A stretch of DNA of 64,000 bases from Octopus vulgaris (GCA_951406725.2 OX597814.1:59768001-59832000); one strand, 5' to 3'. Numbered from the stretch's first letter, positions 26,477-41,690 are shown. Made by a program: numbers and translations. Notes: generated by a model from the sequence alone, not told the origin.

Positions 26477-26667
26477 TGATAGTTTCTTTATTGGCCACAC
26501 AGGGCTGCACACAGATGGAACCAGTTACAAGGTAGAGCTTTTCTTTTGGGGGAGAAAAAAAAAGGTGGCGTAGGTTTTCGATCAAAAGGGATCGTAAAAG
26601 GGAAAAAAGAACAAAAAAAAGAAAAAAGAAAAAAAGGAAAAGAAAAAAAGAAAACACAAAAAAGGAA

Positions 26668-26751
<84 letters not shown>

Positions 26752-27170
26752 GTTTCTTTATTGGCCACACAGGGCTGCACACAGATGGGACAAGTTACAA
26801 GGTAGAGCTTTTCTTTTGGGGGATGAAAAAAAAAGGGGGTGACGTAGGTTTTCAATCAAGAGGGATCGTAAAAGGGAAGAAAAGAACAAAAAAAATAAAT
26901 AAAGAAAATTAAAAATTAAAAAAGAAAAAAAAAGAAAAGGAAAAGGAACAGAAGAAAAGAGAAATGAAAAAAGAAGAAAAAAGGGGAAAAAATGAAGAGG
27001 AAAAAAACGATCAATAGGCATCGTGTATCACAGTGTTATGATATATGGTGTAAAGGGGAAAGCAAGTAAGGTTTATCCGTGGGAAGAAAAGCCTACGAAA
27101 AAGACCACGGTAACCTTGGTCAATATTGTTATATGTTACCACATTTGTTTGCAAGTGGGTAACCCTCTGT

Positions 27171-27171
<1 letters not shown>
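26217..27171 (-). mobile_element. Three tandem 3'-end fragments of a LINE-like element separated and flanked by (GATA)n
   Basis: Units at 26217-26400, 26481-26670 and 26751-27171. Each ends on the minus strand in ...GTGGCCAATAAAGAAACT followed by (ATCT)n. No coding sequence remains, so the clade (possibly Tx1-like) is inference. Confidence 0.7.
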
Positions 27172-27450
<279 letters not shown>

Positions 27451-28202
27451 AGTCACAGAGAGGTACACTTTAAAAAAACCTGAGGGTTACTTCAGAGAAA
27501 ACTGAATACGATAACACTACCTAGCGTTGTGTCGAAATCTCAATATATAGCTGATATATGAAAAGGATCAAATATTTACGTACGTTCGAAAGAGATAATG
27601 TTAACACAATAAATGATCCTGTGCTTGCTTTACCGATATATAACGCATTAATATAAAAGAGACACAAAACTAGTTTTCGTTCATGAAGAAGCATTTGACT
27701 ATTATGTTGTTTTTATTGCATACTTAATAGCATATATATACTATAAAATATGTAATAAAAATAATACTGCTCTTCGCTATAGCTACATGTAGAATTCAAC
27801 TGAAGCCATCAAACGCCATGACGATGTGGTTGGAACGTTACAATTGTCACGTGCTCAAGAATGTAAACACAAAACCAATGCCTGCAGCCACATCAAAGTA
27901 TGTATTACGGTCAGAGAATCGCTTCTGCTGTTAACTTCAATAACGAAAGGAAGATACCTTCATCACTCTAACAGAGAATAAATTTGATATTCACCCTCGG
28001 TAACATAGATATATCGTCATCTTTTGCAAAACATATATTTCACACTAACATCCCATGCCCTTATACTGGTTAATTACTCGCTTTAGAGTAAGAGCGTAAC
28101 ACACCATTTAATATTGCCCCAATCACCTACAAACAGAAACATTTCCACAAAATCACAGCTATTTTCTACATCCACCATACATGCACACACAAAATGAACA
28201 TT

Positions 28203-28281
<79 letters not shown>

Positions 28282-28762
28282 GTGGTGTATTAAAAGCAAC
28301 AGAAAGAGCAATTTCAAAAAGTTATTTTTACAGCGATTAAACTAATCCGATTACCAGGAACTTAGAATAAGGAAGCAAAGGGTGGGGGTTGTGATTAAAT
28401 GACACATAAAAATAAAAACATGCGGCTTATATACGTATGACTACTAGGTATGTCTGTCCCATATAAGACTGTGAGCATTCCAAAATGTTTGTTTAGTTAT
28501 TTCTATTATACTAGCAATTCTGTGTAATGCTTATGGCTGATATTAAAAAAACCACTCCAAAGGCTAATACGAAATATGAAAATACTAAATTTCCAATATA
28601 CCTGTCGATAATTATTCATGCTTCAATGAAAGTTGCTTCCCGAGCACACTACTCTCTACAGGCCAATGAGGGCGCTTCTATTTAATCCCTAGACCTACTT
28701 GAAGTAGTAGTCATATTTTTCTTAATCTACTCAATTCTCTCCTAACAAAAGTTTCTCTGTCC

Positions 28763-28803
<41 letters not shown>

Positions 28804-30042
28804 AGAAATTAATAATAAAACATATGCATACATACATATATGCACATACCTACATCTATATTTTTATATACATGCATATAAGGATACAGGACACCAAAAA
28901 ACGAGAAACGAAAACATAAAGACAAAAACATGGAAACGGACTTTTTTAACGAAAAAAACAGAAGGAACATAAAACACAACGAACATTCCCCTTCTTCAGC
29001 TGCCCCTGCTTCGACTACTCCGTGTTTCGAAGGTATATATATATATATATACATCTATAATTAAAGTTGATGGGCCTATTCCTTGTTATATTGTTAACGT
29101 CATGTTTTATGTGCTAGCACATACATATAAGTATGTGTATATATATATATATCCAAATTTATGACCAGTTCAAACGAAACCAAAGAGAGGATTCACAAAA
29201 ACAAAGGCAAGCTGACCAAGACAAAACTATTACCACACGGAAGAGAGAAAATAAGAGACTTTTTTAAAAGAAAAGAGAAATACAACTATAAAGACTGTAA
29301 CTTGTGGAAATCTGGACAAAGATAGAAATAGCAGAATTAGAAATAGTCGCTGTAATTGGAGATACAAAATTAGAGAATCCTTTTATAGTCTGACTTTAAG
29401 CCATGATTGTAATATCTGCGTAAAATGTTACCGTTTTTTATTCACACAAATGCATCTAAACGATAAGGTATTAACTTAATGCAGTCATATCAGATATTGA
29501 GAAGCACACGGTGCAGTTTATTATTAGACAAATGACAGGCAGCTTTAATTTGGAGGGTTGCTATAATGGCTGAGGATATCTCCTTAATATCGTTTGTGGA
29601 CAGAGAAGGAAGATGTGCTTTCGGACGGCAAAATAATCAATCAGTAGACCAGTTGATATGTCGGCCTCAGCAAGACAATAAGTCCAGTCAATTATGAAAT
29701 TAACCTTTATACTTTAGCTTTCTACTTAATGGATAAGTTACAATCTAGATTGCCACTTTAATTGATTGGTTTTTCACAAAAAAATTAACACCGGCATTTG
29801 TTTCATACGTCCTTTGCACAGCAATACATAGGTGATTTACCAGTTTGACTGACTGTTATTTACTGACTTATTATTATGTACAAGAACGAAAAAAAAAACA
29901 TTCATTTAGTAAAGAGATGACTGGAAATTGTGACAAAAAGTATTGTCGGTTGAATTAGTTTATATACACGTGTGTTAAAAATAAGAACGTGTAATATATT
30001 ATATTGCGTAGATATATATAGATATATTTATATAAGTGTATG

Positions 30043-30134
<92 letters not shown>

Positions 30135-31974
30135 TGTGTGTGCGTGTTTGTGTGTGTGTGTACGTATAAATTTGACATAGGCGATTCTTTCTTGTATATT
30201 TTCTTGTCTTGGGTTTCACGGTCAAATGGGTTGGTGGAATTTCACGAAAAATTACACAGATGTGTAGAATGATCCGGCGTTGTTGCTGGGATATATATAT
30301 ATATATTGCATAGCTCCCATGGTTACCGAGATAATCTACGATAATAATACTCTTGTGTTTATGAATGAAAAAAGAAGGGGTGATAGATGAATAAGGAAAG
30401 AAGGGGTGATGTCATACTTGGTAGTGGGATGATGGAAAGTGTACGCTGAAAATATAAATCAAACAGCGTTTGAACTCTGTGTATTTGGTATTTACTTACC
30501 AGCTCCTATATGTAGTCACGTCCAGCTTTATATGGCCTTAAGTCGGACTAGAAAGAACGAAAACTTAAAAATTCTTTTGGAGGAAACAAGCAGTCAAATG
30601 ATGTTAGTTGCCGAGAGATTTTTTACAAGTTTGGTAGTAAAAGAATTATTGAACTAAAAACATGGTTTTGTACCTATAGAAATTTGACTTGGGCGATTAT
30701 TTCTTGTATTCTTTCGTGTCGTGAGATTCACGGTCAAACGTCTGAGTGGAATCGCGTGAAAAATTACACAGATGTGTAGAATGAACCGGTGGCTTTGCTG
30801 GACTTTGAATTTTTCAAAAATTCTTATGAAAACTTGAAAAATAAATAATTGTTTCTTTTTCACTATTTTTTGGCGCTATGTTTAAGGCGCACGCGTTGAC
30901 GTCACTAATGGATACGTACTGTGATGACGCAAGCGAGTTTGACGTACATGGTTGTAAAAATCTGCTGAATTTAATTCAATAAATTACACAGATACATGTA
31001 CGAACGCCCAGTTAATTCCGTATTCATTTCAGTGACTTTTTTGCTGGGTATACTCTTCCAGCTATTTTTATTTATTTTCTTTTTTTTGTTAATTTTTGTT
31101 TTCTTAAAATATTTTGTTACTTCTTTTAACCGTTAAATATTTAGAAGGTAGCAACGAATTTGAGTACAGATGTATACTCACACACCCACAGATGAATACA
31201 CGCACACACACACACATACACACACACACACACACGCATACACACATAAATATATATACACATACATTTAAGTTCCCTCAAGTGTTAACCCTAGGGTTTC
31301 CGTCTGTTCCAGGCTATCAGATATATGGTAATCCCAGATTTTATTATATCAAACATATCTGAAAATCCCAAAAAATCTACACTAATAACCAGAGTGAGCA
31401 AGTCCTTTTAATTCATTATTTACAATTGTTTTCTCATAAAGGGAGAACAAGTCATTTATCAGATTATTATGCAATGATGTCTGCATTGGTAAGAGGTGTT
31501 TTAGACACAAACTATAAGTCCGATTCTTCGACAGTAGCTATTTGCTGTAGAAACTTGTGTTAGCGATAATATATACCTACATTGCGTTAGGTGTGTTTAA
31601 ATGACAACTGTTACAATTTGCAAGCATGTAACAGTTGTAGCATGTAAAAAAAATGTCCGTTAGAGTTCGACTGGCCAAGGAGGAGGATGAAGCGAAAAGA
31701 GAAAGAATAAAAGATAAAAGCAGGCAACAAAATGTTTTCTTTTTCGACACTATTATTATTTACAGTTCTAAATGTACTTCGTAGTTGTTTGTCTCCGTCC
31801 TATACAAATTAGACATCAACTGACGCAATAGGGCTTAGAAGACATTTAGTAGAGAATTCAGTAGTCACACGCACACGCGCCAGAAAAGCAAGATATTTCA
31901 CTGACAGATATTTCATTTATATATGTAATAATGTATGCATGTGTATATGTATATATATATATATATACATATGT

Positions 31975-32029
<55 letters not shown>

Positions 32030-32083
32030 CGTGTATATATATGTATGTATGTATATATATGTGTATATATATGTATATATATG

Positions 32084-32133
<50 letters not shown>

Positions 32134-33338
32134 ATGTATATAGGCTTATATGTGTGTGTTGGGTGGCGTTGAAGAATTTTATAGCATCAGATAAGAATTA
32201 TTCTCGTAATGTATGGATTATTTAGGTCTCTGTTTGAAATATCCGCCGACGGCAACTTTAACTTTAATCATCTCAGAGTAAATTGATAAAGAACAATCCT
32301 ATACTTGGATCAGCTATTCTAATTCTGTTGATCATTTTAATGTCCTTCTGCAATCTTCTCCTTCTGGCAGCAAATGTCTTTAGTCAGACCTTAAGAGGAA
32401 TCCGCTCCACCGGTTTGGAAATTGCCCAAGTTGTACCGGTCGTGGTGGTGTCGTATGTCATAGTCGAACCTCTTTGGATCTAGCACGGAGGTACGTATCA
32501 ACAGCACATATGTGTGTATATTTGTGTGTGTGATTTTGTGCGTGTGTGTATGTGCATGTGATGGCTGCCATCTCGTGTTCGAGTACTTTCATCGCATGAT
32601 CGAAAATCCAACACATGCGATGGTTTTTAACCAGCCATTCTTGTGTTAGGCCTTACATTTTCCAAGAGAAGCGTGTGCATGATGACTTTTAATAGTGGGT
32701 AGAAGGATTTGCACATATCTAATGACACTCTCTCAACATTACAACATAAACTCAACAAGAAGAACTAGTCTACATCATCGAATATAGTCAGTGTCGCAGG
32801 TTTTCTCTCGATGTTTCCCTTTCCTGGAGAGATGTTGTAACAACAACAGAGGGTCCTCCCACTCCCAGAGGGCAACTGTGAGCCTGGACACCCATTCAAG
32901 TATTTTCCACGTACCCGCCATTCCGTATATGCGTCCATACACATATACCCATATATTGGATGGCCGTTAACTGCTAATGTGACCAAAACATAAGACAAAA
33001 TGAGACAGACAAACAAGGATGAAGAAGAAATACAGAAATGCACATACGAAAATGGATAAAGTTCGAGACGAGACTTAGTGGACAAAGGAGGCACAAAAAA
33101 GAACGAAATAAATAAACAGAATATGGCCTTCGGGCCAGATGAAGAAAAAAATAATAATACATAAACGACAAAAATTATAATATATATATACAACAACAAA
33201 TGTGGAGTAACGCAAAGAAGTAATGAAAAATGTCCTAATGGAATAAACACAAGGGGAAGGCACAGCAAGGAACACAGAGAAATGTGACCATTCTGCTCGA
33301 AGGCATACTTGTGTGTGTTTGCTGTGTATATGTGTGCG

Positions 33339-33375
<37 letters not shown>

Positions 33376-35479
33376 GCGAGAGAGAGATTATTTGAAGGAT
33401 AACTCAGCAGTTTAAATATATTGCGATATCTGTTTTGTCTCTACGAGAAAACTGCTAATGATTTCATAGCTTTGCATTTATTGACGTCGTCAAAGTGTAA
33501 AGAAATATCTTCGGTTCCTTTTGTGGCTTAAACAATGACGCAGTAACGTAGAATCTTTGAAGCATACACATTTATTATTTTAACGTATAGATTATGTTTT
33601 TAGGAATATGTGGTTTGAGGGGAGAATCAATATATAGTAGAATAAGTGAGTGAAGAATAGGAGGATATGCAGGAGAGCATTTATAGTGTGGCAGTAGAAA
33701 AGAAAAGGGGAGGAAATTAGGCATTTGTCTGGCTGAACAGTTTATATTAGCTTTGCTGGACATATGTATTTGTCTTCCAATTGTTTGGGAGCACACTTTA
33801 AAATCATGGCATGGTCACCTTTTGTTCAAATATTGTGTCAAAGCAAATCGGTAAATTTCTCTTATTCGCTCCCATTTTCTCGTTTTCCTCTCATTAACTT
33901 ACTTTTCAGTTAACCAGAATAAAGTTTAGTGTATTGTTCGTTTCAGTCTGAGTATAAAAAGAAAATGGAAGTAAGAAAACAGTTCATCGCTCTCTCCACG
34001 CTACTGTAAAACGACAAACAAAAATTGGATGATTTCGTTTATAACAGTAAAATAAAATTACTCATGTGTTTGTAGTCATTTTAAAGATAATGCACATAGT
34101 TATTCACTCCCTTATGTTGGTTATCTGACATTTCGTAAACTTCAAATCTCAACTGAACTGAAATATAACTTTAAATAGTTTTGCTTTTTTTTTTGTAGAA
34201 CTTTACACAAGTTCATTTTTAAATTTGATGTAACATATTGTGTTGCCTGAGAAATGAGGTGCATAGAAGAGGGAAGATGGATGAAAGAGACATTAGTTTA
34301 CAATATATTATACATAGCCCATTTGGAATGTTGGTAGCCCTAAATATACCCCACGATGTATCGATCATACATATAGACAAATCTCTATGTGGGTAAAAGG
34401 AGGATGTGCGTTAAAGAGAAGATGACGCAGAGATCTAAGGTGGATTAACGTTTAGGCAGAAGAATTTTCAGCTCTTCTTGATCCGTCGACATGTTTCTTT
34501 TGCATAATTCTGGAAGGGTTTAAGTGAAATATCACAATAATAAAGCAATTCAAAATATATATATGTCAAACATAATATCACATAGAAGAAAACAATACAT
34601 CACTCTCGTTCCGCCAATACCTTTTATATACATTCTTTCTTTATTCAGCAACATTCCGATCCAAATACACAACTTTAATGTTTATAAAAAATATAATACC
34701 ATGAATATTTTAAGTAAGCGATTGAAATTGTACTTCAAACATGTTGAATAAATGTTCATGCTATCTGGTAACTATTGCTTTCATTGCTTCGAATACAATC
34801 GTAGTAAGATGGCAGCCTCATACGTCTGATAGAACCTACTCTCTCCTATATTAAGTAATTTTCAATCAAGAAATGCGTACAATGAACAGCATTATTCCTC
34901 ACTATATATAGTACATAGCCCACTTGGGATGTCGATACCCTTAACTATCATTCGAGAAAGTCATATCCATTATACACAGAGAAACGTATATATCACAACA
35001 TCTGAAATTCAGGTATGTGACTAATAAAATATCTTCTCGGTGTGAACAAATCAATAACACATTTATAAAGATAAAGTGTGAGTCACAGAAACGACTTTTA
35101 TTTCATGAGGCGAAGAGAGAAAATATGTCATCGAACAATTTATATAACAGAAAGATATATGCTATATTATTAGCATTATTCTGCGTTTGAAAATAAAATT
35201 ATTTCCATATCTGTATCCTTCAAAACATCTCAACGCTTTTAAAGCAAACTTTGTTGACTCTCAACATAAGCTCAATATATATAATAGAGTTTTAGTCTTC
35301 GCTTATAACTATATCTTTTACGTGTATTTCTATTTTCATATTTCCTGTATTGCATAAGAGGGTATTCTAGCAATATCAGAGTTTTAAATATTTAAAATTT
35401 CAACCAAATGTATAAAAGCTTTATCTGAACCCTTGTTTATATTAACTGCGAAGTATTCTAACAATAATTAAAATAATCC

Positions 35480-35711
35480 TTTCTACAATGGGCACAACGC
35501 CCAAATCTTTGCCCCTGGAGGGAGAGGGGGGCAAGGATACAACTATATTACATCTACTCCAATGCGCAAGTGATACTTATTTCAGCGACCTCGATGTCGG
35601 GATGAAAGACAAAGTCGATCTCGGTTGCATTCGAAATCAGAACGCAAAAACGGACGAAATGCTGCTAAACATTTTGTCTGCTGTGCAAAGAATTTCACCA
35701 GTTCTCCGCCT
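35480..35711 (-). mobile_element. Old SINE family 1-related copy with a different 3' tail
   Basis: gatgaaagacaaagtcgatctcgg...cggacgaaatgctgctaaacattttgtctg...ccagttctccgcc aligns with 8540-8650. Its tail resembles that at 59670-59700, not 3360-3417. Confidence 0.7.
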
Positions 35712-37806
35712 GATATTAATTAAGATAATAACGCTTAGGCCAAGTCATGCAACAAAGTCATATATGTTTTGCTTCCACTTCCTCTGACAAAGCTACGAAA
35801 ATTATTAAATCATAAAAGTAGTCCTGATAAAAATTCAACTAGTGCGTATGTTAGTTTCGTTTATATTTCGTTTATATTTTTTTAAATAGCACTCAGTTTT
35901 GGATAAATTGAAGTAAGTTATTGAAAGAGAATGGTAAAATTTTGCTCGTGGAAACCTATCGGCATAAATCTAATATCGAGTGAAAAAAAATCTAATATCC
36001 GGCACAATATCAAAACCTTAGTAGAAATTGAAGAGACTGAATATTGTGTGCTAAAATGTATATTGATGAAAATTTATAAATTTGTATTTGTTTTGTTTTG
36101 TTTTTGTTGTCTAGTGATTTTTAGGGTTTTCTTTTTGTTTTTAGTTTTGTCTTTAAATTTTTTTCACGAAGCTGCTTTCATATCTTCTCAATGCCTTGAA
36201 TATGTAAATTGCCAACAAAATTTTACCTACCATAATTTCAATATGCTTTTAGCAAGTGCCTTTGAGATACTGTTATGCAGAGAAATGATTAAATAAGCTT
36301 AACATGTTTCAGATCCTTATCTTGCAGATATTTTATATATTCAACGCCTTCCTAATAGCAAACAATATGAAGAAGCCATTACAGGATGGCTTTACCTATT
36401 AGAAATAGTAGCTGTATTTTCTTGCTTTAAAATAAATTGAAATTTACGATAGATAATGTAGTCTAGCGTCAGCTTGCCAGAAAGATCCCGTGGTCACGGG
36501 AAGTTTGCCTTTGATCGTAAATTTTGATCATTACTTTTCTGAGGTAAACGATAACATCCAACAAGAAAAAATCATGTATTTTAATGATAATACTTAAAAT
36601 AGTTCAATATACTTTATGCCGTCACGAAAATGTCTCGAAGAGAAAAGAAATTAAGATATATCTTTTTAGAGAATAAAATTCATTCAACCGACAATACGAT
36701 TATAAGAACATCACAAGTTGACATGAATTCTGTTATTTCAATGGACTTTGATTGCTGAGTCATTTCAATATGGAACATTAAATGGGAAATAGAAACATGT
36801 TCTAGAGGGTTGTACTGTTGATCACTGATTCAATCAGGTCAAGGTTACAAGCAGAATATGTCTGCCGAAGTTTCAACCACAGTATCATTCCTGTGATGCT
36901 TTGTATATTGCATAAATCTCCCAATATTAAAAAGGAGGAAACTGTTCTATTCATACGGCCCTAGTACATAATTTGATTTGTATATATTTAAACTTGTTTC
37001 AAATCTCTCATATTCAAACTTAGTATTAGGAATAAAACACTCTGGGTAGTGCCGTCCTAGATACACCATGCTTGAATAAAGGCTAAGAAGTCCTAAACTT
37101 GAACATTTGGAATGACCTTATAACAAGAATTTATAATGGGAGGTGTAAGTAACTATTTCTCATTCACATATGTATTATAGTAAGCTGAAAAACGTGCAAT
37201 TTACAATATATTCTCTACATGTTTTCCTGCTGTTTTTCTATCTGGTATATAGAAAGTTCCGCCGTGATATTTTCCCTCAATCATATTTTTGAAGAAAAAT
37301 ACCATGATATATACCGAAATTCGCAAAATACCCCAACTGAAATCTCATGTACATATATGTGATCACAACGTTCTGGCCGTAGTATTTTTGTCTTTTTACG
37401 GTTCATTTAGGGCCTTCATTAGAGTTGGACATTTGGTTAAATATGTGTAATTTTCCTCATCTGTTGAAGATATCATGTGTCACAGGCAAGAAATGATGGA
37501 GCTAAAGTTACTTTTTCACATTGTTCATTTCTTTGATATTCTTCTACAGTTCAGAACATTAAAATATAGGCTCTCTACTCACAAATAATGCATATCGAAA
37601 TGAAAAATGATTCACGATGTTTATATTTTAATCATATCAATTTTCGAGTCCTTTGCTGTAGGAATCATATAAATTGAAAGTTGGTGCATAATGTCATTTT
37701 TGTGAAAATCATGACAGAGTAAAGTTGGCAATGGTAATTTAAAACACTCGCAAATTAAGTTACTACAAGTATAAATCACAAGAATCCAAGGCAATACCTT
37801 CTGTTA

Positions 37807-38890
37807 CGACGGGGCTGAACTGAAAAGTTCATAGGTGACTATGAAGGTATCGTGCTAGGGCTTTGAAGTCTTGCTGCATTAATTTCAACACGTCTTTTTA
37901 ATAATTACATTGTTTCTTTACAGGTAAACAGACACATGACTGTTCAAACATGGCTTCAAAAGTAATTAGTAGAGCCTTCCCTTGCAATTGGACAAAATCT
38001 ACCATCGTCGTGTTATCAAGTACCTGCAGCAAAATGGTTTAGCTACCAAGGATATCCATGTTAATATACTAGCTACATAATATAGCCAGTATTACGCTCG
38101 AACTTTATCAATAGGTCAAAGTGAGCAGCTGATTTTAGGAGGGGAAGGAGGGGAAGGTGGGGACTTGAAGACGATTCAAGGGATGGATGTCTTACAACTC
38201 CCATCACCGAGGAAAACATTGTGTTTACCACATGTTGAGGGACGCAGGCCATTGACTATAAACCAAATAGTCAATGCTATTAACATATCCCGTGAGAGAG
38301 TTGAGAATTGTCTGTCCTATATACTCGGCGCGAGGAAGGTTTCTCCTTGGTGACTGTCGCGTCTTCTGGCACCTGATCAAAAGCGCAGCAGGCTGATCAC
38401 ATCATGGGAAAATCTGATATTGTCTGAGACAGATCCAGCTGGCTTCCTTGAAATTTCATCTAATTCAGGATGAATATCGGGTTGATGTCATAGAACTAGA
38501 GACAAAGAGATAATCCATGTAGTGGATACACCCCCACTTACCTGCTCCAAAGAAGGCCAAGCTCGTTTCTTCAGCAAGGAGGCAATGACCTCAGTCTTTG
38601 AGGATATAAAAGGCATGGTGTTTATTGACTATCTTCAATAGGACCACGCCATCTACGGAGAGCACACTGCCAACTTACCTGGGAACAAGTATCACAGGGA
38701 TAATGATGCCATATCTGTTGTTGACGTTTTTACCAACATAGTGAAAGCTTCTTCAATAGTAGGTTCCAAGCACCACTGATGGAAGAAGTGTGTGAACCGT
38801 AAGGGAGACTATATCGAAAAATAAACCTCATTTACTCACATTCCATGCGAGTATCTTGGTCAGCCTATTAACATTTCTGCCAGTCTTTTT
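37807..38890 (+). mobile_element. Mariner transposon relic, internally deleted
   Basis: Degenerate TIRs (ctgaaaagttcataggtgac / gtcagcctattaacatttctg). Transposase remnants DKIYHRRVIKYLQ, RKVSPW..RLLAPDQKR and the C-terminal WKKCVNRKGDYIEK*. Confidence 0.85.
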
Positions 38891-39569
38891 ATTTGGAAAC
38901 CAGCACATATTACGAAACTAATGTCTCCAGAAAAGTATGATTAATTTAAGTGCCTTCTTTGTTCTCTTGTGAGAAATATTATTTTTAGGTGTTATGAGTA
39001 GTTTAGTATAAAAAATAGAAATGATTTATACCTACTCAGTTTATAAGAATTATTTAAGGGTTGTGGCAATAATATTTATTAATATTTGCAGTGGAATTGA
39101 GTCACTGAAAGAGAAAATAATCAACGTATTGCATTATATGTGTTTTATCATTAGTCGAAATGCCTTCAATTTACTTATAGTGTTCATGATTTTGTGGAGG
39201 ATATTAATATAACACCTACATCAGATGCTATGCGGTATTCGTCTCAGGTAATATAGTAAAATATAATCTAAAGAACAATTATATTGTTTCTCACGACAAA
39301 AAGATTATTTCAACTCATTTCGTACCGAATCATTAAGAAAGCAACATGTAGCAAATCCTTCAGAAATGCATAGAAAGAGTGATTTCAATTAATTTACTTT
39401 CAAAGCCACATATTCAGCGTCAGGTTACTCGTCTTACAATATGTACTTAATCAGAAGAAACGAGTGTTTTATTGTCAGAAAGCTTGCAGATGCGAATGTA
39501 ATTATAAAAGCCTGGTATAAATTTTTTGTTCGATGTGGCTCAGGCAAACGAATACATTTGTCTGATGTG

Positions 39570-40656
39570 TGAGTGTGTGTTTGTTAGATAAAATAAGACA
39601 ACAAAGTCATGGCAGCGTGAAATGTCTAGGTTATTTGTAAAGAGAAAGGTAGTCTTACAGCTGTTTCAGGTCTATAAAGCGATGACACTTTGCTAGTCAC
39701 CGAGGGCGTTAATAAATCCGTTTTCGAATGAATTAGGATCTAAGATCTACACAAATTCTTCTCTAACCTAAACTTATCCCTTACTTTTTAAAATTCGCTT
39801 AAAACCGCTAATTTTTGGACGGTATTTTAATCTTAGAAACCTCCCAATACTACCCCATATCATAAACCCAACCAGTACCTTAAATACTTATTCCTTCGAT
39901 AATATAGATAAGGGTATTTCAATGTGTATATCTGACCTCTCAGCCACTGAAGAAATATTCAATAACAATGCCCCATGTTACAACCAAGGGTTGCCAGTAG
40001 CTTCTTCGAACAAATACAATACATCTCTAATACTAGGCTCAATCACCATATATCTCAAGTCATATAACCACGACATCCTAACCATCATAATCATAACGGA
40101 TCATGCGTGCACTATACTAGAGCCCGGGGAGAAAATAGTTTACGACAGCTTAGAGGGCGTACACATATAACACTTGGTCAAAAGCTAAAACGACTAACAA
40201 TATTGGGCCCTACACCGCCCCCTCTAATTGATAAAAATATAGATTATACTACCCCAAAGCAACCAAACAAAGCGGTGGAAAGAAAATCTATTCTATGCTA
40301 ACTGTTAAGAACATTGCCAAATACTTTTTTTAATATATAAGACTCTAACTTCACTCGTCAACATAAATATTACTCTATCTTTAATAGATCTACATTAAAC
40401 CTAGTCTATTCTTCCCCGCCCAATTTTGCGTCTATCGCAACAGCCTATAATGGACGAAAATTTTCTCTATATTATCAAAATATACACTGAAGCAACTCTG
40501 AATACACGAGCACCCAACACATACATAGCTCCAACATCGAACCCAATACTTTAGACCATAACGAAGATCTTACCAATCGTACTAACACTAACGAGAATAC
40601 TAATACCCTGACCTCGACCACAAATACTGGCAGGATAAAGAATAACGACAATAGAC

Positions 40657-40723
<67 letters not shown>

Positions 40724-41160
40724 AGGAGGCAAAATCTACCCCCATATCAAACCTGTCCCTAAACAGTATTACTTCCCCCATTGCTGATAATAATTCCCAC
40801 GGTGCACTACCATGTAACTGCTGCCCGGGACCACTTGCCCTCTAACGTAATTTACAAATGCACTATCCTCAACACGCTACACAATTTTACAAACATATAT
40901 ATATATATAGGGTCAACTATAAAATTTAAACAGAAATACGCTGCACATGTCAAATATTTTAGATATGTGCAACACAGTAAATTCACCTCGATTCAGGGTT
41001 TCAACACCAGAGTCAACGCTCAGCCTGTAAACTATGCGTAAATGAGGCATTCAACATGTTAAAACATAAATCTACACTACTGCCAAATAAGCATAACGAG
41101 GTCCTAGATACATGCAACTACCGTTTTCTTCATACCTTCAAATTTTACCACATGCAGCCT
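39570..41160 (+). mobile_element. Penelope-like element remnant preceded by an inverted terminal-repeat fragment
   Basis: Plus-strand remnants ISDLSATEEIFNNNAPCYNQGL, HKYYSIFNRSTLNLVYSSPPNFASI and NVIYKCT...YIGSTIKFKQKYAAH (GIY-YIG). The segment 39570-39670 is a minus-strand homologue of 51490-51590. Confidence 0.8.
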
Positions 41161-41292
41161 AAATCACCACACAGTACATATACAAAATACTCCATAGGTA
41201 GCCTCCAACAGCGTTATTTGACTTTGCAATATCTTAATTTTTTTTTTAATTCATCAACCGTTTAATAATATGCATAAATACACACACATATA

Positions 41293-41690
41293 TACAAGGT
41301 GCCTAAGATATTTGAGGACATACATTTTTGGGGTCATTGCTGCATTTTTTTATAACTCTATATAATCTTTGTTTCAGAAAATAATAACGGCAGATGATCA
41401 GCTTACTCAAGAAATGAAGAGGCATGCTGTTTTGGTGGTTAGAAATGTCGCAATTTTTAAAAGTTACCAGATCTTTCGTCTACAAAGTTTGTAAGGAGTT
41501 AGGGGCAGAAGATGGAAACTTAGCACCAGTATCAAAGCATAAAAAGCATTCCAAAGGCTCTAAAATCATCAGAACACTTAAATTTATCCAGCAAGCTCAA
41601 TAGACCATTGATTACAATCCCCGAAAGACCATGCGGTCAATTGCAAAAGATGTAAATCTGTCAGAGGGAATAGTCGGAAATATGGCGTAA
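41293..41690 (+). mobile_element. Tc1/mariner-superfamily (maT-like) transposase N-terminal fragment
   Basis: Starts TA|CAAGGTG. Remnant LTQEMKRHAV...KVTRSFVYKV...IIRTLKFIQQ...IDYNPRKTMRSIAKDVNLSEG (HTH region). Confidence 0.65.

Noticed and set aside
28985-29033. Minus-strand GAAA...CTGAAGA in a repeat fragment
   Set aside because: The stems and cleavage triplet needed for a type II or III hammerhead cannot be formed.
32765-33353. 194-aa and overlapping hydrophobic minus-strand ORFs
   Set aside because: They are open because of T-rich strand bias, start in a (TG)n tract and show no domain motifs.
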